A stretch of 64,000 bases of DNA from an uncultured virus (IMG/VR IMGVR_UViG_3300029928_000270) (IMGVR_UViG_3300029928_000270), one strand, 5' to 3'; shown: positions 1 to 10,708, counted from the stretch's first letter. Made by a program: numbers and translations. The notes: a model not told the origin generated them from the sequence alone.

Positions 1-315
1 GTCAATACCAATGATGGGTTAATAGGCGGTGAGGGTACAGAGGAAGGTGCAGTTGTAGATACAACTGAATTAAAGTCCCGATTAAAGGGTATTAGTACTG
101 CAGTTTCTGATGCAGATTGGGATGAAGCTTTTGCAGTAGACCCTATGCTTGTAAGTGATTTAACTTCTGCTTTAGATAACTACGATATGTGTTTAGAGGA
201 CTCAAATGTCAGCTTCTCTTTCACTGTATCAGACCTCAATGGCAGGGGAGTAGACAAGTGGGTATCTGCTTTTGAGACCAAGGTTGAAGCACTTCAGAAT
301 ACTGTGGAGGAATAA
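1..315 (+). CDS. Hypothetical acidic protein, 3' part (truncated by window edge)
   Basis: Frame 1 is open from base 1 to TAA at 313-315 (VNTNDGLIGG...LQNTVEE*), ending just before the spoVG start. Confidence 0.7.
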   Translation, partial: VNTNDGLIGGEGTEEGAVVDTTELKSRLKGISTAVSDADWDEAFAVDPMLVSDLTSALDNYDMCLEDSNVSFSFTVSDLNGRGVDKWVSAFETKVEALQNTVEE

Positions 316-319
316 GAGT

Positions 320-595
320 ATGAAGGTAACAAGTGTTATGTTTAATATGCTTTCTCCACAGGATAGTGGATTATGTGCGAGGGCATCGGTAACTTTCGAC
401 AATTGTCTTGTCATCCATAACATATGCGTTTTGAACGGGAAAGATGGTTTATGTATCGTATATCCAAATAGAGGGTTTAAGGTTGATGAGAGTGGGCGGA
501 AGAAGTATATGGATATCGCACATCCTATTGACAATTCTTTTAGTAAGATTGTCGAGCAGGAAGTTCTCACGGCTTACAATGAAACAATCCAGTAA
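320..595 (+). CDS. spoVG: SpoVG family nucleic-acid-binding protein
   Basis: MKVTSV...ARASVTFDNCLVIHNICVLNGKDGLCIVYP...YMDIAHPI...VLTAY follows the SpoVG pattern; GGAGG RBS upstream of ATG 320. Confidence 0.9.
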   Translation: MKVTSVMFNMLSPQDSGLCARASVTFDNCLVIHNICVLNGKDGLCIVYPNRGFKVDESGRKKYMDIAHPIDNSFSKIVEQEVLTAYNETIQ

Positions 596-621
596 ATAAC
601 TTGAGAATATTTAAGTTAGGC

Positions 622-655
622 AAAAAGCACTGAGCGGTTAAGTTCAGTGCTTTTT
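622..655 (+). terminator. Intrinsic terminator
   Basis: AAAAAGCACTGAGC-ggttaa-GTTCAGTGCTTTTT hairpin after spoVG. Confidence 0.85.
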
Positions 656-713
656 CAGTTATAAGTGTAGTTGTTGAATAACTGGTGAAAATTTTGTCGG
701 GGAGGGTCTGATT

Positions 714-2318
714 TTGGGCAGAGCGAAGGTTGTTAGTTGGTATAATAATCGATATAAAGGTTCCTTGAGTGAGGATGTTTGCAATATCTTGGAGCAGTTG
801 ATAGAACTGGATGACAATAATGGTTGTGTTACGGACTTAAGGCATATTATTTATGACTTAAGTGACACTTCCATTGATGAGATACTGTCCTACAACTTTG
901 ACTGGAAGTATTTTAAGGATAAGGCAAACATTGATATGCACATTGGAACCCTTGAGGATTATCAGACTGTTGGTGTAGCCTACTTGTATTGGGCTAAGAG
1001 GTGTCTGTTAGGTGACTCTCAGGGTATGGGTAAAACGCCTATAAGTGCAGGCTTATGTAATCTGTTAAGACTTGAGAAGGAAAAAGAGGGCAAAGATTTC
1101 CGTTTTCTGTTCTTAGCGGAAAAGACTTCAAGTGTAGAAATACAGAGAAAGCTCATAAAGTTCACTGGTGACTATGTAGACTTAGTTGGTGGTGATGCTA
1201 AGTCATCTGCAAAGTTTGTAGAAAGGAACCCTTACTACCCTGAGTATTCTGTCTGTGGGACTCATAGCCTACTCAAGCAGGGTATTTTCCTTGATTGGTT
1301 AGTGAGTGTAAAGGAAGAAACAGGTAAGTTTCCTTTTGATATAATCATTGTAGATGAGAGTACAGTAGTTGGTGGGGGCAATACTGGGTATGCTACAAGT
1401 TTAAGTGCCATTATCAAGGACGTAGATAATGTGGTACTGTTAAATGCAACCCCTTTTGAAACCAGTGCTAAGACAATGTTCAATCAGATAGACTTGTTAG
1501 ATGAGTCTTTTTTGCCGACAAAGACAGCTTTCAGTAAAGAGTTCGAGATAATCGACTACAGAGGTATGTTTCCAAGAGCAACAGGAAAGTATAAGAATGC
1601 TGAGGCTTTTAAGGAACGGTGTAAGTATCGTTACTTTGCAAGAACCAGAAAAGCTAAGGGTGCAGTAATGGAAGATTGTACTGGAAAGAAGTTAGTAACA
1701 GACCTTTCGAGTGTACAGAAATACTGGCTACAGCGTTCATCCTTGCGTCAGTTAGTGTATGACGCACCAAACTATTATGATGATAACATTGAGTTTTGTG
1801 AAGAGAATGTACCAAAGTTGACTTCATTGCGCTATGTCCTTGAAAAAGAGTGTAAGAATGATGACTCGGTGATAGTGTTCACACACTATAAGATAACTCT
1901 TGCTTCTTTGTCTGAGTGGCTTGACAATATAGGTATTTCAAACAGAGTCCTCAACGGAGAAGTAAGTGATATGGCGGATAGACAGGAAATCGTTAAAGGT
2001 TTCAAGGAAAAGCAGTTCAGGGTATTGCTTACAAACGTGTATAAGAGTTTGGACTTTGATACATGTGACTATTGTGTATTTTACAGTTTTGAGCCCAATC
2101 AGGGTAAGATGATACAGGCAGAGGGTAGATTGGAGCGTTCTTTCAACATATACGGAAAGCATGTATATTTGTTAGTTTCAAGTGGACCTGAGTTAAGTTA
2201 TCTTAAGACAGTTATCAAGAACAGGGTAATCAGTTCTGGTCAGTTCTCCAACTCAGACTATTCATTGATTTCGGACATTATTCTTGGAGAGGAGTCCAAT
2301 TGGGATGCAGGTGAATAA
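714..2318 (+). CDS. SNF2/SF2 family helicase
   Basis: Walker A LGDSQGMGKT, IIVDES, motif III NATP, C-terminal QAEGRLER; TTG start after GGGGAGGG. Confidence 0.85.
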   Translation: MGRAKVVSWYNNRYKGSLSEDVCNILEQLIELDDNNGCVTDLRHIIYDLSDTSIDEILSYNFDWKYFKDKANIDMHIGTLEDYQTVGVAYLYWAKRCLLGDSQGMGKTPISAGLCNLLRLEKEKEGKDFRFLFLAEKTSSVEIQRKLIKFTGDYVDLVGGDAKSSAKFVERNPYYPEYSVCGTHSLLKQGIFLDWLVSVKEETGKFPFDIIIVDESTVVGGGNTGYATSLSAIIKDVDNVVLLNATPFETSAKTMFNQIDLLDESFLPTKTAFSKEFEIIDYRGMFPRATGKYKNAEAFKERCKYRYFARTRKAKGAVMEDCTGKKLVTDLSSVQKYWLQRSSLRQLVYDAPNYYDDNIEFCEENVPKLTSLRYVLEKECKNDDSVIVFTHYKITLASLSEWLDNIGISNRVLNGEVSDMADRQEIVKGFKEKQFRVLLTNVYKSLDFDTCDYCVFYSFEPNQGKMIQAEGRLERSFNIYGKHVYLLVSSGPELSYLKTVIKNRVISSGQFSNSDYSLISDIILGEESNWDAGE

Positions 2319-2718
2319 GGTTTTACTTCAGGAAAGACTTAAGTATATATCAGATTTCTTTGAAGTTTTAATGAGAGAGGACTTACCCTTGTTAGTTAGA
2401 TGTAAGCATCCCGAAGTCCATACTTCCGATGCTATGTATCAGGTGGCAATAGTGAGAAATGATGGCAAGGTATGCTCAGAGGTGTTTAGGTATGTGGTAA
2501 GTAAGTGCTTAGACTTACCAACTGAAATATGTTATCCAAGTTGGGTATGCGTTGCTGATGTATGCATAGAAGATATGTGCGATGACTTTGATAAGTTCAG
2601 AGAATTGCCTATGGGTGCAAGACAGTCGTTGTTGCAGTATATGATGCATATGTTTTTAAGACTTGAGAAAATCGTAAGAGAGGATGTAGTTTCAAATGCA
2701 GGAGTTAAAGGTTTTTGA
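2305..2718 (+). CDS. Hypothetical protein
   Basis: ORF overlapping both neighbours in an operon-like arrangement; start uncertain. Confidence 0.6.
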   Translation: MQVNKVLLQERLKYISDFFEVLMREDLPLLVRCKHPEVHTSDAMYQVAIVRNDGKVCSEVFRYVVSKCLDLPTEICYPSWVCVADVCIEDMCDDFDKFRELPMGARQSLLQYMMHMFLRLEKIVREDVVSNAGVKGF

Positions 2719-3556
2719 TGCAAATTGTCCGTATCATTGCTCGAGGGGTATTTTATTTAACCCAAGAACACATAAGGCTTCAAGATGTCCTCATTGTGCA
2801 CAGTTAAGGCAGGAGGAAGTGTATGATAGACTTTCTTCAGTAGATAATACGCCAGTTGAGCAGAAGTTAGGCTTACAGGAGAGGGTATGTTCTAAGACAG
2901 AGTACTCTTTTGATAGCTTATTCAGAGGTTCGGTAAACTTGCTTGAGGAGTCAAGTTTGGCTGACGTAAAACAGCAGTTAGATGACTTGATTTCTCTTGT
3001 TTCCCTTGGAGATTTACCAAAATACTCTATGTTCTTCAACTTAGGCTCAAGAGTGTATGAACAGAACTTTGTAAATCCAATTCTGATAAGAGCATACCTC
3101 TCCGGTATTGAGGTTGCTCCGTTACAGACTGTATATTCTATCGCAAAGATGCGTAGAAGTGTTGAGTCACAGAACTATGAAGAAAAAGAACTGGTTGAGG
3201 AGTATGAAAACTGCTTAAATGCTTCTTTATGTGTAGTAGTTATAGATGAGGGAGTAACTAAGAGTGGTGCAGACTCCATTAAGGGTTTTGTGTATCAGAG
3301 GGGTAGACTTGGAAAGCCAACTATACTTCTTACGTTATCTAATGCAACGTGTGTAGTTTATGATTTTCCAACGTCAGAAGATGATTATGACTATTGTGTA
3401 CCTAAGATGATTTCGGTGAAGTACAAGAAGTCGGGTATTGCTTCTCAGGAACGAAAAGTTGAGGAAGTAAAAGCAGTAGCGGAAGAAGTATCTACAGCCC
3501 CTCAAATTTCAATGTTTGACCTCAATAAAATGACTTCAAACTCAAGTTTCATGTAA
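2696..3556 (+). CDS. DnaC/IstB-like helicase-loader homologue with N-terminal Zn motif and no recognisable Walker A
   Basis: CPYHC...CPHC N-terminus, LCVVVIDE, RGRLGKPTILLT (DnaC-like R...KPTI.T motif); no GxxGxGK. Confidence 0.5.
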   Translation: MQELKVFDANCPYHCSRGILFNPRTHKASRCPHCAQLRQEEVYDRLSSVDNTPVEQKLGLQERVCSKTEYSFDSLFRGSVNLLEESSLADVKQQLDDLISLVSLGDLPKYSMFFNLGSRVYEQNFVNPILIRAYLSGIEVAPLQTVYSIAKMRRSVESQNYEEKELVEEYENCLNASLCVVVIDEGVTKSGADSIKGFVYQRGRLGKPTILLTLSNATCVVYDFPTSEDDYDYCVPKMISVKYKKSGIASQERKVEEVKAVAEEVSTAPQISMFDLNKMTSNSSFM

Positions 3557-3593
3557 TTTGTTGGAGTTTGTTGAACTTTAGTAGGATATTATG

Positions 3594-3622
3594 TTGCATT
3601 AGCATAAGTTGTATGTTATAAT
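3594..3622 (+). promoter_or_regulatory. SigmaA-type promoter for the topoisomerase B gene
   Basis: TTGCAT-17 bp-TATAAT with extended TG. Confidence 0.7.
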
Positions 3623-3764
3623 TACTTAAAATAAAATAAATTTGTTATTTTGGTTTTAATTTTGTAAGTATTTTATAATTGATTGTGCTTTTTAGTTACA
3701 ATCACGATAAAAGCTAATAATTATTACTGAAATCACAAAGTTAAGATTAAGGAAGGAGTTATTC

Positions 3765-5924
3765 ATGGCAGAAGAAAAGTTAGTCAATTCTGATTATGGC
3801 GAAGACAGCATTGATGGTTTCGAGTATGCAGAACGTGTACGTAAGAGACCTGCAGTTATGCTTGGTTCGGATGGTCTTGCAGGTGCGAAACATGGTTTCA
3901 TTGAAATCTATGGCAATGCACTTGATGAGGTATCTTCAGGATATGGAGATAGACTTGATGTAGCAAGATATTCCGATGGCTCAATCTCAGTTCGAGATTA
4001 TGGTCGAGGAGTTCCTCTTGGTTGGAACAGCAAGAAGGGTATGTATAACTGGCATCTTGTATACAATGAAATGTATATGGGTGGTAAAACAGGTAGTACA
4101 CAGGAACAGCTTCAGAAGGTAACAGATTGGAGCAAGTTCGACCCGAAGTCAATCAACTATCTGTTTGCAGTTGGCTTAAATGGCTTAGGTGCGGCGGCTA
4201 CACAGTATACATCTTCATACTTCGATGTAAAGTCCTACAAAGATGGGTATTGCACCGAAATGCATTATAAGGGTGGGTATCCTATCGTTGCAGGTGAGCC
4301 AAGAAAGGTTGATAAAGGTTTTGATTGGTCTTTATATAAGGAAAACAAGTATGAGACCGATGAGCCCAACGGTACATATGTACGTTGGAAACCCGATGAC
4401 AATGTTTTCAAAGATACGAATGTAACATTCCAGTATCTTAAGGAAGTATGTCAGGATATCTCCTGCGTAGCACATATCACTGTTAACATGTATGATGAAG
4501 ATACAAATACTCATCTGACTTTCGAAGCAGGCACTGAGAAGGACTTACTTGAAACTAAGTTGGGTGCTAAGTACGATGAAAGCATGCAGATTTTTGAGTG
4601 TAGCAACCTCACCCATGGGTATCGAAATAAGCAGGGCGAGAGATTTATTTATGTAGATGAAGCAAAGATTGTTTTCACCTTTGTAGATGACAATGCACCT
4701 GTAAGTTTCAATCACAACTATGTGAAGATGTACGGTGGCGCACACTTAACTGGGTATAATGTCGGCTTGTATAACTTCTTAAAGCCGATTTTAAGTCAGG
4801 CAGGTTTGACTTTGAAGGATAAGGACTACGCAGACACGTTAGCTTGTGTTATTTCTACACGTAGTAATGACTCCTCTTTCCAAGGTCAGACAAAGTTTGA
4901 AGTTGACAATGACCATATTACCAATATCATCGCAGACACGCTGACTGCGAAGTTGACAACAGAGTATGCGAAGGATAACCCTTTTGTAAAAGATTACGTA
5001 GCCATGATTATTGAACGTGCAAAATCACGTGAGGAGCAGGCTACACGGGCACAGATTTCAAGGGCAATGTCAAAGATGGCTCGCCAGAAGAAACCCGAAA
5101 AGTTCTCCACTTGTGAAGCATATGAGAAGCATCTTCCCGGTGCTGAGTTGTGGCTTGCAGAAGGTGACTCTGCTAAGGGTGCAATCATTTCAGTTCGTGA
5201 GTATGCTTTTCAGGCAGCTTTACCCTTAAGAGGTAAGGTTTTGAACGTTGAGAAGGCATCTGTTGAGGATATACTTGCAAACGAAGAAATCAAGAGTATT
5301 TTTGCACTCCTCGATACGGGTATGGACTTAGGCGGAGATGCTTCTACGTTTGACATATCACGGTTGCGTTTTGATAAGATTATCTTCGCAACTGATGCCG
5401 ATGAAGATGGTTTCCAGATACGGGTATTGCTTTTCTTGGTATTCTACCGCCTTGCACCGCAGTTACTTATGCCTTGTGGTGTAGATGAGCGTGGGCGTGC
5501 TATCAGTCACGTATATATCGCAGAGACACCTCGTTTTGGTATTTCACTTCGTGACGGCTCTATGGTATATGCAAATACTGATGAGGACAGGGACAAGCTC
5601 TATAAGCAGTATGCAGGTCAGGTAGTTGGTACTCAGCGTTACAAAGGTTTAGGTGAAACCTCTCAGGAAGTGCTAAGTACAACAACAGTAAACCCTGCAA
5701 CAAGAAACCTTATTCCCGTAGTTATGGATTTCAGTGACAACAATCTGAGAGATTGTATTGATGCACTTTTTGGTAAGGACAAGTTTAAGTTACGCAAGAA
5801 TATTCTTGCAGAAATCCTTGGTGGGGATGTAGTTGATATGATGTCTGATATGGACATGAAACTTGAAGCGATTGAAAACTCCGAGTTTGATGAAGATACT
5901 GATGTAGAGGACATTACACTGTAG
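3765..5924 (+). CDS. gyrB: Type IIA topoisomerase subunit B (GyrB/ParE-like)
   Basis: VRKRPAV, EIYGNALDE, DYGRGVP, GLNGLG (GHKL ATPase); AEGDSA, PLRGKVLN, DADEDG (TOPRIM); QRYKGLGE. Confidence 0.95.
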   Translation: MAEEKLVNSDYGEDSIDGFEYAERVRKRPAVMLGSDGLAGAKHGFIEIYGNALDEVSSGYGDRLDVARYSDGSISVRDYGRGVPLGWNSKKGMYNWHLVYNEMYMGGKTGSTQEQLQKVTDWSKFDPKSINYLFAVGLNGLGAAATQYTSSYFDVKSYKDGYCTEMHYKGGYPIVAGEPRKVDKGFDWSLYKENKYETDEPNGTYVRWKPDDNVFKDTNVTFQYLKEVCQDISCVAHITVNMYDEDTNTHLTFEAGTEKDLLETKLGAKYDESMQIFECSNLTHGYRNKQGERFIYVDEAKIVFTFVDDNAPVSFNHNYVKMYGGAHLTGYNVGLYNFLKPILSQAGLTLKDKDYADTLACVISTRSNDSSFQGQTKFEVDNDHITNIIADTLTAKLTTEYAKDNPFVKDYVAMIIERAKSREEQATRAQISRAMSKMARQKKPEKFSTCEAYEKHLPGAELWLAEGDSAKGAIISVREYAFQAALPLRGKVLNVEKASVEDILANEEIKSIFALLDTGMDLGGDASTFDISRLRFDKIIFATDADEDGFQIRVLLFLVFYRLAPQLLMPCGVDERGRAISHVYIAETPRFGISLRDGSMVYANTDEDRDKLYKQYAGQVVGTQRYKGLGETSQEVLSTTTVNPATRNLIPVVMDFSDNNLRDCIDALFGKDKFKLRKNILAEILGGDVVDMMSDMDMKLEAIENSEFDEDTDVEDITL

Positions 5925-5936
5925 TTGATTGTGAAG

Positions 5937-5967
5937 TAAGGCTGACGCAGTGCGTTAGCCTTATTTT
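5937..5967 (+). terminator. Intrinsic terminator
   Basis: TAAGGCTGACGC-agt-GCGTTAGCCTTA followed by TTTT. Confidence 0.8.
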
Positions 5968-5983
5968 AGTATGGAGGTTTAAT

Positions 5984-6598
5984 ATGGAATATATTTGCTT
6001 AGATGTCGAAACCACTGGATTATCTCCAATGAATGACTCAATAATAGAAGTGTGTGGTTTTCATATTGTTGATGGTGTTTCAGTTGGTAAGTTCTCAGAG
6101 TTGATTAAGCCGTTTTGGAGTATTCCAAGGTACATTGAAAGCACCACGGGTATTACAAATGAGATGGTTAAGGACTCAAGAGATATGAGTGAGGTTTTAC
6201 CAGAGTTCTTTGACTTTTGTGGACAGCTACCTATTGTAGGTTACAATGTTAAGTTTGACTATAACATGTTAGTCGCTAAGTCAAAGACAATATGTGGTGA
6301 CTTTTCAATGGGAGAAACACGTAGAGGTTTTGATGTGTACTCTTTGGTGCGTAAGTATATGAAAGAATTACCAAGTAAGAAATTGGGTGATGTAGCTGAC
6401 TATATGGGTATCAGTTTACCACCAATTGCAGGACGTGGCTTTCATTGTGCCGAGTATGATGCCTATGTAACAAAGTTAATCTTCGACGCTTTCTTATCAA
6501 AGGGGGTATCTACTAAGTTTGATTACTTGGATAAGAAGGACAGGTCGGAAAATTTGCATGGGAGGGTGTACAATAATGAGGAGTTACCATTGGTCTAA
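5984..6598 (+). CDS. DnaQ/PolC-like DEDDh 3'-5' exonuclease
   Basis: LDVETTG, GYNVKFD, HCAEYDA motifs. Confidence 0.9.
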   Translation: MEYICLDVETTGLSPMNDSIIEVCGFHIVDGVSVGKFSELIKPFWSIPRYIESTTGITNEMVKDSRDMSEVLPEFFDFCGQLPIVGYNVKFDYNMLVAKSKTICGDFSMGETRRGFDVYSLVRKYMKELPSKKLGDVADYMGISLPPIAGRGFHCAEYDAYVTKLIFDAFLSKGVSTKFDYLDKKDRSENLHGRVYNNEELPLV

Positions 6599-7280
6599 AC
6601 TTGACAATGTAGTGTGCATTGCTTTGATAATTACAAGTGCATTAAGTGCGTTATACTCAGTGCACGTGCTTTATCAGTTTTCAAAGTTGTATTACATACA
6701 GGATAAAACTGAAAGTTACATAAAAGAAGTCGCGGTTGGTTTGAAAACAGTAAGACTTGACGATACTTTTGATGGAGATTTGTCCGAGTTGCTTGAGGGT
6801 GACAATATTTCTGTTGTGTTAGATGATTTCAATTATGAGATACAGATAGCAGACGATATAGATAGTATTAAGCAGATTGGAAACAACAGGTTTAAGTCGG
6901 GCAGTGTTGTGGTAGGCAGTAAAGAATATGAGGTAGTATTTGTGCCAACTCTTAGAACTACAGATTATGTAGATACTGATGGAGAAGTGGTGTATGTTTC
7001 TTTTGTACCATCGTTGAGAGATGCAGTAGCATTGACGGGTACTTATGCATCATCCAGCAGGTTTTGGACTCATGTGATGGGTAATGTTTGTGCAGTTCTT
7101 GGTTTGTTGTTATGCTCAAAAAGACATAAGTTCTCTGCAAAATATGCTGAGTATGATTTAGATGCGTTGTTAGATGTGTATATTTGTTTCCTTGGTTTAA
7201 TAGTATGCTTGGAGTTACTCATGGGTATTGGTACACTTGGTTCTTTGGTGTTTGGTATGTATCACTTTATAGTTGGTTAA
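6576..7280 (+). CDS. Membrane protein (one N-terminal and two C-terminal hydrophobic segments)
   Basis: Hydrophobic stretches flanking a soluble domain; ATG 6576 follows GGGAGGG. Confidence 0.65.
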   Translation: MRSYHWSKLDNVVCIALIITSALSALYSVHVLYQFSKLYYIQDKTESYIKEVAVGLKTVRLDDTFDGDLSELLEGDNISVVLDDFNYEIQIADDIDSIKQIGNNRFKSGSVVVGSKEYEVVFVPTLRTTDYVDTDGEVVYVSFVPSLRDAVALTGTYASSSRFWTHVMGNVCAVLGLLLCSKRHKFSAKYAEYDLDALLDVYICFLGLIVCLELLMGIGTLGSLVFGMYHFIVG

Positions 7281-7346
7281 TCTTGTATTTACACTGAGAC
7301 ATTAAAAGATTTTGAAATATTTATTTCAACTTGTCCTTATATAACC

Positions 7347-7375
7347 TTGCAAATATGTAAGTAAAATGTTATAAT
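7347..7375 (+). promoter_or_regulatory. SigmaA-type promoter for the topoisomerase A gene
   Basis: TTGCAA-17 bp-TATAAT with extended TG. Confidence 0.7.
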
Positions 7376-7479
7376 TATTAAAATGAAATAATTGTAGGAG
7401 TATTTACTTATTATTTGTAAGGTTATATTTATTTTACAAGTTAATTTTTATTCCTATATTGTTTAAGAAAGGAGATATC

Positions 7480-9642
7480 ATGCAGTTAGATTTCAAGTTA
7501 GACAACATGCAGGTAGGCATGGGTACTCTGTTTACAGGGTATATTGATTATGCTAAGAGTGTAATCATATATCGTGCTTTACCCGACTTGAGAGATGGTT
7601 TAAAGCCCGTAAACAGATGTACGCTTTATACTGCATACAATATGCGTAAGCGTAGTGGCACTGTAAAGTGTGCTAAGATTGCAAGTGATGTTACTGCAAA
7701 CTACCATCCTCATGGAGATGCTTCAGTTTATGAAGCATTAGTATTACTTACAACAGGAAACGGTGCGATGTCAATTCCGCTTCTGTACGGTGATTCAAAC
7801 TTCGGTAGAGTTACATCGAGCGAGCGTCATGCAGCTTCACGTTACACTGAGGCAAGAATTAGCGAGGATGCATTAAAGTACTATTGCGAAGAGATGAACG
7901 GTATCAGAATGATACCTAACTTCGACAGTACTACTACGATGCCTGAGTTATTCCCCGTGAAGTTCCCTGCAGTATTATGCAACTCACAGGAAGGTGTTGC
8001 AGTTGGTTTCCGTGGCAAGATGCCATCTTTCAATGTGATTGATGTGCTTAATCTTGTTAAGGAGTACATTAAAGACGGGGAGTGCCACACTGTGATAATG
8101 CCCGACTTTGTAACAGGTGGGTATTATATTCAGAACAATAAAGAGTTAGCAAAGCTAATGACCATTGGTACTGCCAAGTTAAAGCTCAGAGGACGTGTAG
8201 AAGTCGTTGATAAGAATATTCTTATCACTGAGTTCCCTTATGGCAAGACAGCAGGTATGCTGAAAAAGCAGATTGAAGATGCTGAAATCAGTGGTGTTCG
8301 TTCTGTTAATGATGCTTCTGAAAAGGGTGTAGACAGAGTCCTTATTGAGTGTACTGGAAAGAACAGGGTAGATGAGGTTTTGTATGCCTTATATAAGAAA
8401 ACTGACCTGCAGTGTACTTTCTCAGCAGACTTGACATGTATCCTTGATTCAGCTCCAGTAACTCTTGGAGTATTTGGTATCGTTGGTGAGTGGGTTAAGT
8501 GGAGAAGAACAGTTCTTGAACGTTCACTTAAGGATAGTTTACAGGGTGCTAAGGATAGAGCAAGAGCATCCAGAGCATTTGTTGAACTGATGAGTAAACG
8601 TGACAAGATGGAAGAGTTCTGTAACCTTGTAATAAAGAAATCCAAGGAAGAAGCTATCCAGTTCGTGTTAGACAACTATGATAACAGCATTATCGACTAT
8701 GACCTTGCAGTTTGGCTTACCTCAAGAAGATTAAGTGACTTCAGACGTGGTGAACGTTATGTTGAGGAGTATGAAAGATGCAAGGCTACAATCGATGCTC
8801 TTGAGAATGATTTGCAGGATATTGATGGTGTAATTCTTCGTCAGTGTGATGAGATGATTGAAGATAAGAAGGTTTCTCATGTTAGACGTACGGAGATTTC
8901 CAATAAGGATTACAACTTCGTCAAGTCAGAGGAAGAGCAGATGGTATATGTAGATAACACCACTTGCTACTACATGATTAAAGACAACTTCATCCGCAAG
9001 TACAGATTTGAGTCACAGATTCCGAAGGGCACAGGATACCTTGAGGCATCCGCAAGCGCAATCCTATTGGGTATTGATAACCGTGGTAGAGTTATCCGTT
9101 TGTACTGCAAGGATATCCCTTATACAGCAAACAACGAAGTGGGTACTTATATTCCCAAGTATCTTGGCTTAGAAGAGTCTGATGACTATGAAGTTCTTTA
9201 TCTTGACGAACTTGATGGCAAGAAAAAAGTTGTAGTATATGATGACGGTTTTGTAGGTTTCTTAGACACTTACGAGTGGCTCAACAGTAAGAAGCAGATG
9301 CGTGTTGTTGAGAGAGGTATCAATGGTATGTATGCAAAGAACGTTGCAGGTGTATACGATTACGAACCAAGTGGGTATCTGTATGTAATAGACACTGCAG
9401 GCAGAATTTCCTATGTACTGTTAGATACTATCAAGCAGATGGACAGAACTGCAAGAAAGAAAGTCTTTGAGTTAAAGAAGAATACAAAGATTAAATCTCT
9501 TGCAGTAGTAGACGGCATCACAGGCTACAACATGTTAAACAATGTTGGTAGTTATTGTGGACCGACTCTGAGATACCTTGCATCAGCCAATGATTTCTTA
9601 GGTGATGCATCTCTGTTCCAGGCATCCTATACAGCAATCTAA
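7480..9642 (+). CDS. gyrA: Type IIA topoisomerase subunit A (GyrA/ParC-like)
   Basis: RALPDLRDGLKPV, YHPHGD, catalytic AASRYTE, PDFVTGG; divergent C-terminal domain; AAGGAG RBS before ATG 7480. Confidence 0.95.
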   Translation: MQLDFKLDNMQVGMGTLFTGYIDYAKSVIIYRALPDLRDGLKPVNRCTLYTAYNMRKRSGTVKCAKIASDVTANYHPHGDASVYEALVLLTTGNGAMSIPLLYGDSNFGRVTSSERHAASRYTEARISEDALKYYCEEMNGIRMIPNFDSTTTMPELFPVKFPAVLCNSQEGVAVGFRGKMPSFNVIDVLNLVKEYIKDGECHTVIMPDFVTGGYYIQNNKELAKLMTIGTAKLKLRGRVEVVDKNILITEFPYGKTAGMLKKQIEDAEISGVRSVNDASEKGVDRVLIECTGKNRVDEVLYALYKKTDLQCTFSADLTCILDSAPVTLGVFGIVGEWVKWRRTVLERSLKDSLQGAKDRARASRAFVELMSKRDKMEEFCNLVIKKSKEEAIQFVLDNYDNSIIDYDLAVWLTSRRLSDFRRGERYVEEYERCKATIDALENDLQDIDGVILRQCDEMIEDKKVSHVRRTEISNKDYNFVKSEEEQMVYVDNTTCYYMIKDNFIRKYRFESQIPKGTGYLEASASAILLGIDNRGRVIRLYCKDIPYTANNEVGTYIPKYLGLEESDDYEVLYLDELDGKKKVVVYDDGFVGFLDTYEWLNSKKQMRVVERGINGMYAKNVAGVYDYEPSGYLYVIDTAGRISYVLLDTIKQMDRTARKKVFELKKNTKIKSLAVVDGITGYNMLNNVGSYCGPTLRYLASANDFLGDASLFQASYTAI

Positions 9643-9658
9643 GGGTTGCAAATTGAGT

Positions 9659-9692
9659 AGAGAGGTAAGTATAAGTACTTATCTCTCTTTTT
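9659..9692 (+). terminator. Intrinsic terminator
   Basis: AGAGAGGTAAGTA-taag-TACTTATCTCTCT followed by TTTT. Confidence 0.85.
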
Positions 9693-9741
9693 CTTAGTCA
9701 TCTTGATTTAATTTAGCATCAAAACGGAGGTAGTATGTGCA

Positions 9742-9984
9742 ATGCTAAAATCAAAGGTGCGAGATTATTGTAGTAGAAATGATTTAACATATGTATATGG
9801 TGTTGTTACTGATGCAGGTGTTTTCTTTTGCACTGTTAATAATGAAACATTAAGGTACACCATGTATGTGATGCATGATGACAAGGTAGAGATTGCTTCT
9901 GACAACTTTGATGTCATTGTAGCAAAGTTCAAGAAGGAAGTAATGTTGGGTATAGGAGGTAAGTTAATTGAAGACATTAAATAA
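9742..9984 (+). CDS. Hypothetical protein
   Basis: GGAGG RBS; 80-aa ORF. Confidence 0.65.
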   Translation: MLKSKVRDYCSRNDLTYVYGVVTDAGVFFCTVNNETLRYTMYVMHDDKVEIASDNFDVIVAKFKKEVMLGIGGKLIEDIK

Positions 9985-10708
9985 GATTACAAGTGTTAGT
10001 TTTGTGTCTGAGACCCAGTCTGGTGGCGAACAGCTTCACAGAATTATAGTTCCGAAGGATGCTAAGGTAGTCGAGTTACATGAAATTGTGGGTGATTGTG
10101 GAAAGATAGAAACAGATACTATTCTTTCAGCAATAGAGCGTTCCTTGGTAACTGATTTTACTGCATACTATGATAAGTTGGACAAGTTGCATGAGTGTGA
10201 GTATAATGAGATAAAGAAGTGCAATGTGTCTTTTTCCGATGGCAGTTCTATAATCTACTCGGGCAGTGATGTGCAGGAAACTGGTGTGGGTGATATGTAT
10301 TGCATAAGACAGGTTTCTCAGGCTTATATGCGCTCCTTTGAACTTGTAGACCAGTCTGCAAAGAATGCAGAATGCATTGGGGTAGACATGACTAAGTCCA
10401 ATGTGTCAGTTTCTACTCCTGCATGGTTGTATATCGAAGAAACAGTAAATCGGGTATTAGGCTATGAGTATGTAAAAGTAGACCCTATAACCTTTAAGGT
10501 CAGCTTTAATTTACTTCCATCTGAGGAAGATGAATACATTGCAGAGGGTGTATATTTACTGCTTTCTGAGATTGTATGTCTTGGGGAGGAAAGAAGAACG
10601 CCTTTATACGTGTTAGTTTCTCGATTACCTCATGCCAGCGCAATATCTGAAAGGTTAGTAGAAGCATTGGATACTCTTAAATATGATTGTCAGGTGTTTA
10701 TTCCGTAA
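9968..10708 (+). CDS. Hypothetical protein
   Basis: AGGAGG RBS, TTG start, 246 aa. Confidence 0.7.
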   Translation: MKTLNKITSVSFVSETQSGGEQLHRIIVPKDAKVVELHEIVGDCGKIETDTILSAIERSLVTDFTAYYDKLDKLHECEYNEIKKCNVSFSDGSSIIYSGSDVQETGVGDMYCIRQVSQAYMRSFELVDQSAKNAECIGVDMTKSNVSVSTPAWLYIEETVNRVLGYEYVKVDPITFKVSFNLLPSEEDEYIAEGVYLLLSEIVCLGEERRTPLYVLVSRLPHASAISERLVEALDTLKYDCQVFIP

